Of a stretch of 64,000 nucleotides of DNA, positions 41,510-49,289 are shown piece after piece. Below the pieces are notes generated by a model, which had not been told where the DNA came from, did no database searches, and saw only the letters and a program-made list of their open reading frames with translations. The position numbers and the translations under genes were made by a program. Every line of letters begins with the position of its first letter. Position 1 is the stretch's first letter. This DNA is from Elusimicrobiota bacterium (GTDB taxonomy: Bacteria > Elusimicrobiota > Elusimicrobia > UBA1565), in assembly GCA_043827405.1 (NCBI GenBank), contig JBDRPD010000053.1:96221-160220 (forward strand), given 5' to 3'.

Positions 41510-42044
41510 AGGCCAGCGGCAGCAGCGTCCCGGCGGCGAAAAACCACTTCCCCCGTCCCCAGAAGCCCTGCGGCCCTTTCAGGATCAGCAGACCCGTCAC
41601 CGCCAGCCCCAGCAGCAGGAGCGCGAAGATGTCCGCGACTATAGTCCAGACGCCCTTTAAGTGGTTGAGATGCAAAGCGTTGGACTCAAACAGCAGCGGC
41701 CGCTGGTGAAACAGCTTTACAAACGCCCCGCCATCCACCGGATCGAGCACCGCCTCGCCTCCATGGCGCAAAAACAGCTTGAATTCCGTGGGGCTTAAGA
41801 GGTGGCGTCCCTGCACATCCTGGGGAGCGAATCCCAACTGCTTAACGGCCGCCGCTTCCATCGCGTCGAGATCTCCCCGGGGCAGCGGCGCGGTTTTGAC
41901 CGTATATTCCTCGATGCGAAAGTTGGGGTTCCAGTCGCCCATATGATTGACGGCCACCCCGCTCACGCAATAGAGCGATACCAATACCGTCAGGAAGTAG
42001 CCGACATCGCGGTGCAGGACGCGCGCGAGCTTCTGGACGTTCAT
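41481..42044 (-). CDS. PepSY-associated TM-helix protein
   Basis: An N-terminal TM helix follows KLARVLHRDVGYFLTVLVSLYCVSG, and a C-terminal TM helix is also present, the typical PepSY_TM layout. The start is probably the ATG at 42044. Confidence 0.5.
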   Translation of the reverse strand: MNVQKLARVLHRDVGYFLTVLVSLYCVSGVAVNHMGDWNPNFRIEEYTVKTAPLPRGDLDAMEAAAVKQLGFAPQDVQGRHLLSPTEFKLFLRHGGEAVLDPVDGGAFVKLFHQRPLLFESNALHLNHLKGVWTIVADIFALLLLGLAVTGLLILKGPQGFWGRGKWFFAAGTLLPLAFIVQRWLTH

Positions 42045-42054
42045 CGCGGGAACT

Positions 42055-42543
42055 TCAGCGCGAATCGGTAATGCGCGCTCCAATGCCGCGGAGCATTACG
42101 ATAGTCTCGGCCTCGGTGACGCTTTTCGGATCGAAGGCCTTGCCCTGCTCTTCTGCGTGATGCTTCCTGCCGGCGATGGTCTGCTCCAGCGTAAGCTTCC
42201 GGCGAAATACCGTCCCTTCGCCGATCACGCTCTTGCCCTTGGCGCTCATGGGGAAGACGATGACGCCGTCCTCCACTTTAAACTTAACGGCTTGGGGACC
42301 GGTCTCCTCGCCGATATTTATCCAGCAGCCGCGGTTCTCACAGACATCGGTCACCATGCCTTTGACCTTAACACGCCGGCCATCAAGCTCGTCGAGCCGC
42401 TTATAGAACTCGGCGACGCTGATGGCTCCCTTATCATCGGTCTGCTCGCCGTAGGCGACCGTCTTCAGCTCGGGATCGGCCTTGGCGCAGGATGCGGCCA
42501 AAGCCAGAAATACGCAAAAAGGAATAAGGATATACCGGTTCAT
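42055..42543 (-). CDS. Lipoprotein (possibly DUF4920-like), CxxxGCW motif
   Basis: A lipobox signal MNRYILIPFCVFLALAASC is present. The real start is the ATG at about 42543; the upstream 140 codons of the track ORF 42055..42963 are a spurious extension that overlaps the next gene in another frame. Confidence 0.5.
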   Translation of the reverse strand: MNRYILIPFCVFLALAASCAKADPELKTVAYGEQTDDKGAISVAEFYKRLDELDGRRVKVKGMVTDVCENRGCWINIGEETGPQAVKFKVEDGVIVFPMSAKGKSVIGEGTVFRRKLTLEQTIAGRKHHAEEQGKAFDPKSVTEAETIVMLRGIGARITDSR

Positions 42544-42589
42544 CGCACCTCCCACCGGCCCACAACTTAGCATTTCCCGGAGGCGGTGA

Positions 42590-43066
42590 TCAGCGCTCAC
42601 GCCTGGCGAAGTGATGGCCGATGCGCGTGAGTCCGGCGGAACAGTCCTTGTTGTTGGGATCATTCTTGATGCAGAGCTTCCATTCGGCGGCAGCTTCCCG
42701 GTAGCGCATCTGCTGAAACAGCACGATCCCCGTGCTCCAGTGCCCCAGCGCCTTGCGGCGGTCGGCGTCGGGGGCCTCCCGCCGCGGCGCTTTAGCCGCG
42801 GGTACCGGATACTGCAGCCGCTTGAGTCCGTCGCGGCAGTCGGCGTTTTCGGGATCGAGCTCGAAGCAGGCCGCCCATTCCTTGGCCGCTTTCTCGTACC
42901 GCTTCGCCTGGTAATAGATGATCCCGTTATTCCAGTGCCGCAGCGCCTGCCGGCGGGCGGCATCCTCTTGCGACAGCGGAGCGGCCGCCTTTTTCTTTGG
43001 GCAGGGATGCCCCCATGCCGCCGAGCAGGCGGACGCGAGCAGCATGGCGGCGAGGCAGCGGCTCAT
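42590..43066 (-). CDS. TPR-like repeat lipoprotein
   Basis: A lipobox signal LLASACS is present. There are two near-identical roughly 55-aa repeats (ALRHWNNGIIYYQAKRYEKAAKEW..C.ELDPENADC / ALGHWSTGIVLFQQMRYREAAAEWKLCIKNDPNNKDC). Confidence 0.55.
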   Translation of the reverse strand: MSRCLAAMLLASACSAAWGHPCPKKKAAAPLSQEDAARRQALRHWNNGIIYYQAKRYEKAAKEWAACFELDPENADCRDGLKRLQYPVPAAKAPRREAPDADRRKALGHWSTGIVLFQQMRYREAAAEWKLCIKNDPNNKDCSAGLTRIGHHFARRER

Positions 43067-44850
43067 GACGTCAGCGCGGGATCATGGGCGCCCGAGAGAT
43101 ACTTGAACCAGACATCGCCGTAGGAGCCGGTCGAGCCGTCGGCGCGCGTGAACTCGGCGCCGTCCCGGGAGCTCAAGCTGTTGCCGCGCCCATCGAAGTT
43201 GCTGACCCGCGTCGTCGCCTTATTGGACAGCGTGAGCGAGGCGATGCCCGCCTCCGCCAGCGTCACCGCCGGGGCGTTCAGGCTGCCGAGCTTGGCCCGC
43301 AGGCCGTAGCGCCGTCCCAGCGCCGCCAGCTCCTCCGCCCCGAGCCGGCCGGAGTCGAAAGCGGCTCGCGTGATAACGCCCTCGTCCGCGGCGCGTTCCA
43401 CCAGCACCGCCAGCGAGGCGAAGCCGTCGCGATAGCCCGCTTCCCCGCCGGCCGCCGTGAGATCGGTGAGGTCGCCGAAAAGCTCCTTGCCGTTTTCACC
43501 GGCGATCCCGTCGCCGTCGGCGTCGAAGACCAGGACCGCGTCCCCCGCGGCGATATCGCTCAGCAAATCGGGGCGGCCGTCGGCGTCCAGATCGAAGCGG
43601 ACGTCCCGGGAGCTGGTGAGCACCCCGTCGCCGTCCAGGTCGAGCACCAGCGGCGAAAGCTCCTGGACTTCCTTGATCTTCATGGGCTTGGTGGAGCCGT
43701 CCGCCATGGTCAGCTCGACCAGGTCCCGGCCCAGCGGCCGCACGTTCTCGAGCCGCTCGATGCCTTTCTTCAGATCGGTGTACAAGCCGAAAACCATCGA
43801 CTTGCTGCGCCGGCCGAAGCGGTCGTCCTTAAAACGCCGAAACGACAGCAGCGCGTCCGGATTCGAACCGCTGCTGCCTTCCGCAAAGAGCATATAGGTA
43901 GACAGGCGCGGCAGCGGCCGGCCCTCCTTGCGCTTCTCCCGCAGCAGGGACAAGCTCACGTCCGGCTGCGTCCAGATGGCACTGCGCGAGCCCCCCTGAT
44001 TCGGCCGCATATGCTCCAGCCGCATCATCATCATGAAGGTCGTCCAATGATCAAACAAGGTGTCCCAGACCGGGCGCGGCGCGGACACCAGCACGGCGCG
44101 ATTCGCGCCGCGCGGCATGCGCGAACCGGCCGGGAATACCGGCGGGGGACGGCGCATCGGCACCACGAAGCTCACGCTTGAGCCCCGCGGCTTGGCCGCC
44201 TGAACCGGCGCCTGCGGCTTCTCGTCAAATCCCAGGAGCCCGGAGAGCGCCCGGGTATGTCCGGTGGGAATCGGCACCGGCATAATGGTCACGGCTTCCG
44301 GCTTAATGAAGCCGATGACTTCGGTCAGGCCGGAGATACCGGAAACCGTGGCGCAAATACCCTCCCAGACGTCGCCGGCGAAACGCTTGAGCAAAGTCAG
44401 CTCCGGCAGCCGCGGCAGGGAGAGGGCGGGAGCGCGCAGCCCCGAGAGCTTCCGCTCGACCGCTCCTTTATATATGGACCAGTTCCGCGCCGGACGGCTC
44501 AGATAAGCCGCGATGCGTCGGCCATAAACCTGCTTATAGACGGCCCAGTTCTGCGCCGGACGGCTCAAGTATTCTGCGCCGGTGATCCTTCCGGCGGCCA
44601 GACGGCTCGCGGCCGCCCGGCCGAGGCCGGCGAGCATCGACTTCTCGCCCAGGCGATAGGCCTTGCCGGCTCCGAAGTCGCGGGCGCGCTGCGGCGGGAG
44701 ATAGGGAACGGGATTGCCGGGCTGTAAAGCGGGGGGCCGAAGCAGGGAGGGAGGGAGGATGGGCGCCAACTGAGCCGCACCGATCTCGGTGGAAAGAAGC
44801 GCGAGAACGACAAAACCAGAGAAGAGCTTCTTTAACTCTCGGCGCATCAC
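43063..44850 (-). CDS. Secreted protein with DxDxDG calcium-binding-like motifs
   Basis: The signal peptide is MMRRELKKLFSGFVVLALLSTEIGAA. The motifs DLDGDGVLT, DLDADGRPD and DADGDGIAGENG are present, along with an internal tandem peptide repeat YLSRPA(Q/R)NW(A/S)(V/I)YK. Confidence 0.5.
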   Translation of the reverse strand: MMRRELKKLFSGFVVLALLSTEIGAAQLAPILPPSLLRPPALQPGNPVPYLPPQRARDFGAGKAYRLGEKSMLAGLGRAAASRLAAGRITGAEYLSRPAQNWAVYKQVYGRRIAAYLSRPARNWSIYKGAVERKLSGLRAPALSLPRLPELTLLKRFAGDVWEGICATVSGISGLTEVIGFIKPEAVTIMPVPIPTGHTRALSGLLGFDEKPQAPVQAAKPRGSSVSFVVPMRRPPPVFPAGSRMPRGANRAVLVSAPRPVWDTLFDHWTTFMMMMRLEHMRPNQGGSRSAIWTQPDVSLSLLREKRKEGRPLPRLSTYMLFAEGSSGSNPDALLSFRRFKDDRFGRRSKSMVFGLYTDLKKGIERLENVRPLGRDLVELTMADGSTKPMKIKEVQELSPLVLDLDGDGVLTSSRDVRFDLDADGRPDLLSDIAAGDAVLVFDADGDGIAGENGKELFGDLTDLTAAGGEAGYRDGFASLAVLVERAADEGVITRAAFDSGRLGAEELAALGRRYGLRAKLGSLNAPAVTLAEAGIASLTLSNKATTRVSNFDGRGNSLSSRDGAEFTRADGSTGSYGDVWFKYLSGAHDPALTS

Positions 44851-44932
44851 TGCCTCGGCGTTGCGACGCTATCAGTCTAGCCCCGGGGTGTTACAAAGCG
44901 ATTGCGCCAAGGTAAATTTGTATTCTTGATTT

Positions 44933-46369
44933 ATGCCGAAATTTTCAGGATCGCGTCCGCCGGCGGTGGCGGGACGCTTCTACCCCGGCGATCCCGGCAA
45001 GCTCAGGACCGAAGTCGACGGCATGCTCGATGCCGCGCCGGACCCCGTCCCCGACGACAACGCGGTCGGCGGCGTCTCCCCGCATGCCGGCTACGCTTTT
45101 TCGGGCCGCCTCGCGGCGCGCGTCTGCAAAGCGCTCAAGCACAAGCGGCCCAAGACCATAGTGCTGCTCGGCACGGCGCATCACGAGGAGGTCGGCGGCC
45201 TCGCCCTGCCGGATACCGCCTCCTTCGCGACCCCGCTGGGCGAGGTCCCGGTCGATACCGGGATGGCGGAGGCCCTGCTGGCCGCCCACCCGGAAGTCAA
45301 AATCTCCCCCGCCGCCCATGCGCGCGAGCATTCACTTGAGGTCCAGCTCCCCTTTCTCCAACGCGCCCATGAAGGCGCCCATATCCTGCCGCTGCTCACC
45401 GGAGTCAAAAACCGGGGCTCCGCGGAGGAGCTCGGCCGGGAGCTCGGCCGGCTCATTAAGGAAAGAGACGCTTTACTGATCGTAGCCACCGACCTTTCGC
45501 ATTTCCCCTCCGATTCCGGAGCGCGGCGCAGCGACCTCGCCTTGCTGGCGGCGCTGGAAAAAATGGATGCGGATTTCCTCTGGGACGCCGATCGCGCCCT
45601 AATGCGTCTGGACATCCCGCAGCTGCACTGCACCGCCTGCGGCCTCGGCGCCGCGGCCGTCGGAATCACGGCCTGCCTGGAGCTGGACGCCGGCGTCTGC
45701 GAGGTCCTGCAGTACGCCAATTCCTATGACATCTCCGGCGACGCCGAACGGGTCGTGGGCTACGGCGCCGCGCTGTTTAAGAAGGGCGCGCGGCCGGACG
45801 GCCCCTTCTTCGGCCTGGGCGAGCAGGAAAAGTCGGCGCTCCTCAAGCTGGCGCGCGCGGCCCTCGCTGAATACCTGCGCACGGGAAAAGAGCCGGCGCC
45901 GCGCGCTTTCGACCTGCCCCTGCTCAATCTGCCCGGGGCGGCTTTCGTAACCTGGACCGAACGTTCGGCCTCCGCCGAACGCGAGCTGCGCGGCTGCGTG
46001 GGAACGACCCTGCGCGACCGGACGATCGGCAACTGCGTCGCCCATTTCGCCGTCCGCAGCGCCGTCTCCGACACGCGCTTTACTCCCGTCGCCGCGGCGG
46101 ACCTGCCCGCGCTGCATGCCGAGGTCTCGGTGCTCTCACCGTCCCGGCCATCCACCGCCGAGGCCGTCCGCCCCGGCCAGGGCGTGGTCTTCGAGCTCGG
46201 CCGCGCCCGCGGGCTGTTTCTGCCCCTGATGTGGGAGCGCTACCCGGACAAGGAAAAGTTCATGAACGTCCTCGCCGGCTCCAAGGCCGGCGCCCGGGAA
46301 GATGCCTGGAGAGATCCCGCGGCCAAGCTCTGGACCTTCGAAGCGGAGGCGTTCGGCGAAGAAGAATGA
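44933..46369 (+). CDS. AmmeMemoRadiSam system fusion protein: Memo-like (protein B) N-terminal domain fused to AMMECR1 (protein A) C-terminal domain
   Basis: The N-terminus AGRFYPGDPGKL...HAGYAFSG matches Memo/MEMO1-family motifs. The C-terminal half carries the AMMECR1 signature (LRGCVGTT...). It is translationally coupled (ATGA) to a radical SAM gene. Confidence 0.75.
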   Translation: MPKFSGSRPPAVAGRFYPGDPGKLRTEVDGMLDAAPDPVPDDNAVGGVSPHAGYAFSGRLAARVCKALKHKRPKTIVLLGTAHHEEVGGLALPDTASFATPLGEVPVDTGMAEALLAAHPEVKISPAAHAREHSLEVQLPFLQRAHEGAHILPLLTGVKNRGSAEELGRELGRLIKERDALLIVATDLSHFPSDSGARRSDLALLAALEKMDADFLWDADRALMRLDIPQLHCTACGLGAAAVGITACLELDAGVCEVLQYANSYDISGDAERVVGYGAALFKKGARPDGPFFGLGEQEKSALLKLARAALAEYLRTGKEPAPRAFDLPLLNLPGAAFVTWTERSASAERELRGCVGTTLRDRTIGNCVAHFAVRSAVSDTRFTPVAAADLPALHAEVSVLSPSRPSTAEAVRPGQGVVFELGRARGLFLPLMWERYPDKEKFMNVLAGSKAGAREDAWRDPAAKLWTFEAEAFGEEE

Positions 46370-47439
46370 CGGCCGACGCCTCTTTCCCGACCAAATACTG
46401 GCACCGTCTGCCCGACGACCGCGTGCAGTGCGACGTCTGCCCGCGCGCCTGCAAGCTGGCCGAGGGCCGGCACGGCCTATGCTTCGTGCGCAAGCGCGAG
46501 CACGGCGCCGTGGTGCTGACCACTTACGGCCGCTCCAGCGGCTTCTGCATCGATCCCATCGAGAAGAAGCCGCTCAACCACTTCCTGCCCGGCACGCCGG
46601 TCCTCTCCTTCGGCACCGCCGGCTGCAACCTGGCCTGCCGCTTCTGCCAAAACTGGAATATCAGCAAGTCCCGCGAGCACGACACCCTCGCCGCACAGGC
46701 TTCTCCCGAACGCATCGCCCGCGCCGCCCAAGAGCACGGCTGTTCCGGCGTCGCCTTCACCTACAACGATCCGGTGATCTTCCTCGAATACGCCGTCGAT
46801 ACCGCCGCCGCCTGCCATAAGCTCGGCGTCCGCACGATCGCCGTCACCGCGGGCTACATCACGCCCCTGGCCCGCGGCGAATTCTACCGGAATATGGACG
46901 CGGCCAACGTGGACCTCAAGGCCTTCAGCGAGAGCTTCTACGCCAAGCACTGCTCCGGGCGGCTGGCCGATATTCTGGACACTCTGGTCTACATCAAAAA
47001 AGAAACGAAGGTCTGGCTGGAGCTCACCACTCTCCTCATTCCGGGCCTCAACGACGACGCGCGGGAGATCGACGCCATGACGCGCTGGATCGCCGCCGAG
47101 CTCGGCGCCGACGTGCCGCTCCACTTCACCGCTTTTCATCCCGACTGGAAGCTGACCGACCGGCCGCGCACCCCGCTCGCTACCCTTTCCCGCTCCCGCG
47201 ACATCGGCAAAAAGAACGGGCTCCTCCACGTCTATACCGGCAACGTCAGCGACCCGGAGGGCGAGAGCACCTACTGCGGCGGCTGCGGGAAACCGCTCAT
47301 CGGCCGCGACCGCTACCGGCTCTCCGCATGGGAACTTGACGCGAACGGAAACTGCCGCAGCTGCGGCGAGCGGCTCGCCGGCGTCTTCGCCGGGCCGCCC
47401 GGAGACTGGGGCGCGCGGCGGCAACTTATTTCCCTATGA
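46366..47439 (+). CDS. AmmeMemoRadiSam system radical SAM enzyme
   Basis: The radical-SAM Cx3Cx2C cluster (CNLACRFCQNW) follows a CxxC-containing N-terminus (CDVCPRAC). The ATG at 46366 overlaps the upstream TGA. Confidence 0.8.
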   Translation: MTADASFPTKYWHRLPDDRVQCDVCPRACKLAEGRHGLCFVRKREHGAVVLTTYGRSSGFCIDPIEKKPLNHFLPGTPVLSFGTAGCNLACRFCQNWNISKSREHDTLAAQASPERIARAAQEHGCSGVAFTYNDPVIFLEYAVDTAAACHKLGVRTIAVTAGYITPLARGEFYRNMDAANVDLKAFSESFYAKHCSGRLADILDTLVYIKKETKVWLELTTLLIPGLNDDAREIDAMTRWIAAELGADVPLHFTAFHPDWKLTDRPRTPLATLSRSRDIGKKNGLLHVYTGNVSDPEGESTYCGGCGKPLIGRDRYRLSAWELDANGNCRSCGERLAGVFAGPPGDWGARRQLISL

Positions 47440-48105
47440 GCGCATGAGCTCGCGCACGTAGCGATCGGCCTCGCGCGTCGGTTTGGGCACCCGCTGGCCG
47501 TCGCAAACGGCGCGCGTCAGGCGCATCGCGCTCTTCATGTCGATCAGATGCCCGGGCGAGACATAGACCGGACGCCGGCATTCGCCGGCGCGGAAGGCCG
47601 TCCCGATCTGTTCCCCCTGGTGCAGGAGCGGCGCGGTCGAGCCAAAACCCGAAGCGGGAGTGCGATGGGTGCCGATCAGCACCGACTTGGCCACCCCGAT
47701 CGTCGGGATGCCCAGCCACAGCCCCATATGGCAGGCCAGTCCGAAACCGCGCGGATGCGCGATGCCGTGGGCGTCGAAGAAGGCGGCATCCGGCTCGCTC
47801 TTGAGCTTGCGGAAGGCCGCCAGCAGGGCCGGCGCCTCGCGGAAGCTCAACAGGCCCGGCACGTACGGGAAGTTCATGTCGGAGACGGCCCACACGCGCT
47901 CGACTTCCTTGAGCGACGGCACCGCGTAGACGACGAGCCCCGCGGTGGCCCGCATGGTCGTTAAGTCATAGCCGCAGTCGGCCCCCACCGCCAGCTTCGC
48001 CGAGACCTTGTACGGCGTAAAAATGAGCTTCTCGCGCAGCTTCAGCTGCAGCTCTTTGGCCTTGGCGGGGGTGAGGTCCCAGTCGTGCAGCTCCCTGATC
48101 TTCAT
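47434..48105 (-). CDS. nfi: Endonuclease V (deoxyinosine 3'-endonuclease)
   Basis: Strong similarity to E. coli Nfi (YVPGLLSFREAPALLAAF, DAHGIAHPRGFGLACH, GIPTIGVAKS). The real start is the ATG at about 48105; the track's 48390 is a long spurious extension. Confidence 0.8.
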   Translation of the reverse strand: MKIRELHDWDLTPAKAKELQLKLREKLIFTPYKVSAKLAVGADCGYDLTTMRATAGLVVYAVPSLKEVERVWAVSDMNFPYVPGLLSFREAPALLAAFRKLKSEPDAAFFDAHGIAHPRGFGLACHMGLWLGIPTIGVAKSVLIGTHRTPASGFGSTAPLLHQGEQIGTAFRAGECRRPVYVSPGHLIDMKSAMRLTRAVCDGQRVPKPTREADRYVRELMRS

Positions 48106-48118
48106 ACGAAACCGCCTT

Positions 48119-49231
48119 TCATCCTTTAGAGAGCTTAGCCCGCGCGACGGGAATGCGCCAGGGGATTTCAGGACCGATCTCGGGAGCGCCCGCGAAATGG
48201 TCCGGCTCGCGACGCCGGTCCTCATTGTAGATTCGTTGGAGCTCGTCCCAGCCCATAGCCCCGCCGCCTTCCGGCGCCCGCCCGGCCGCCGCAGACGCGC
48301 GCGCCAGACAGGCCGGAATTTTTTCGGCCAAGCGCAGAATCTCCCGTTCGACCTCCTCGGCGTACGGATGCGCGGCGGCCCGGCGGACATCCGCGGCGAA
48401 ACGGCGGCCGTCCGCGGAGGGAAGCCAGTCCAGCACCTCCTTGAGATGGGCCTCGGCCGCGTCGAGGAGCCGGCGGCGCTCCGGCAGGTGCACGTCCCGC
48501 CACGACCGCAGCTCGTCGAGGACGCCCTTGAGCCGCTCCTGTTCGATCCCGTGCGCGAGCATCAGATGAGAGGCGAACCAGAACCAGTGGCGGTTCTTGC
48601 TCCGCACGTACTCCAGGCTCCCGCGGCGGCGCGCGAGCTCCGCGAGCCGCGCTTCGACCGATTTTCGCGGGGTTAGGGCCTCGCCGCGGCTCAGGCTCAG
48701 GCGCCGCTGTTCGGAATCCAGAAAAAGGATCACTTGGTGGTAGGCGTCCATGCCCGTCCCGAGGTCCGCGGCCGTTTCGCCCGCCGGCACGCCTCCGAGC
48801 TCGCAGGCGGCCGCCGCGCCCACGGCCAGCGAGTAGGCCTCATTCTCCTCCAGATGCAGGAACGTCTCGATCCCCCTGCTCCGGACTTCCCGCCCAAGCA
48901 GGACGTGGCCGTAGAGCTCATGGGCCAAAGTCTCGGCCACGATCGTTCCGGTCGACCGGATGAGCCCCTCGCTGAGAAGGATGCGCGCGGGGAGCGCCCC
49001 GCTGTCCGCCCGGCCCCAGCCTCCCTTATGGGCGACATCCGAGGAAAAGGAAACGAGATAGCCGAAGTCCCGGCGCGTCTCAAGACGCGCGGCGGTCGGG
49101 CTCTTCTTGAGCGCGGAGAGGGCCCTCTCGATAACGGCGCGCTCCTCCGGCCGCCCGCGGTCCGCGATCGTCGGCGGCTCCGCGGCGCGGCAGAGGAGGG
49201 CGAGAATCGAAAGCAGCGGGAGCAGGCTCAC
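48119..49231 (-). CDS. Secreted putative zinc metalloprotease (HExxH protein)
   Basis: A signal peptide is present, and AHELYGH fits an HExxH zincin motif. No further family assignment. The start is a GTG. Confidence 0.45.
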   Translation of the reverse strand: MSLLPLLSILALLCRAAEPPTIADRGRPEERAVIERALSALKKSPTAARLETRRDFGYLVSFSSDVAHKGGWGRADSGALPARILLSEGLIRSTGTIVAETLAHELYGHVLLGREVRSRGIETFLHLEENEAYSLAVGAAAACELGGVPAGETAADLGTGMDAYHQVILFLDSEQRRLSLSRGEALTPRKSVEARLAELARRRGSLEYVRSKNRHWFWFASHLMLAHGIEQERLKGVLDELRSWRDVHLPERRRLLDAAEAHLKEVLDWLPSADGRRFAADVRRAAAHPYAEEVEREILRLAEKIPACLARASAAAGRAPEGGGAMGWDELQRIYNEDRRREPDHFAGAPEIGPEIPWRIPVARAKLSKG

Positions 49232-49289
49232 CCCGTGATTTTAGCATGGGGGGACGCGGCAAGTCGGAGCCAGGCGCCATGGTCCGCAG

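Noticed and set aside
42544-42963. The upstream 140 codons of ORF 42055..42963, which overlap the TPR lipoprotein gene.
   Set aside because: That segment overlaps the well-formed TPR-repeat gene 42590..43066 in another frame and is Arg/Pro/Thr-rich junk. The real lipoprotein begins at the MNRYILIPF... ATG at about 42543.
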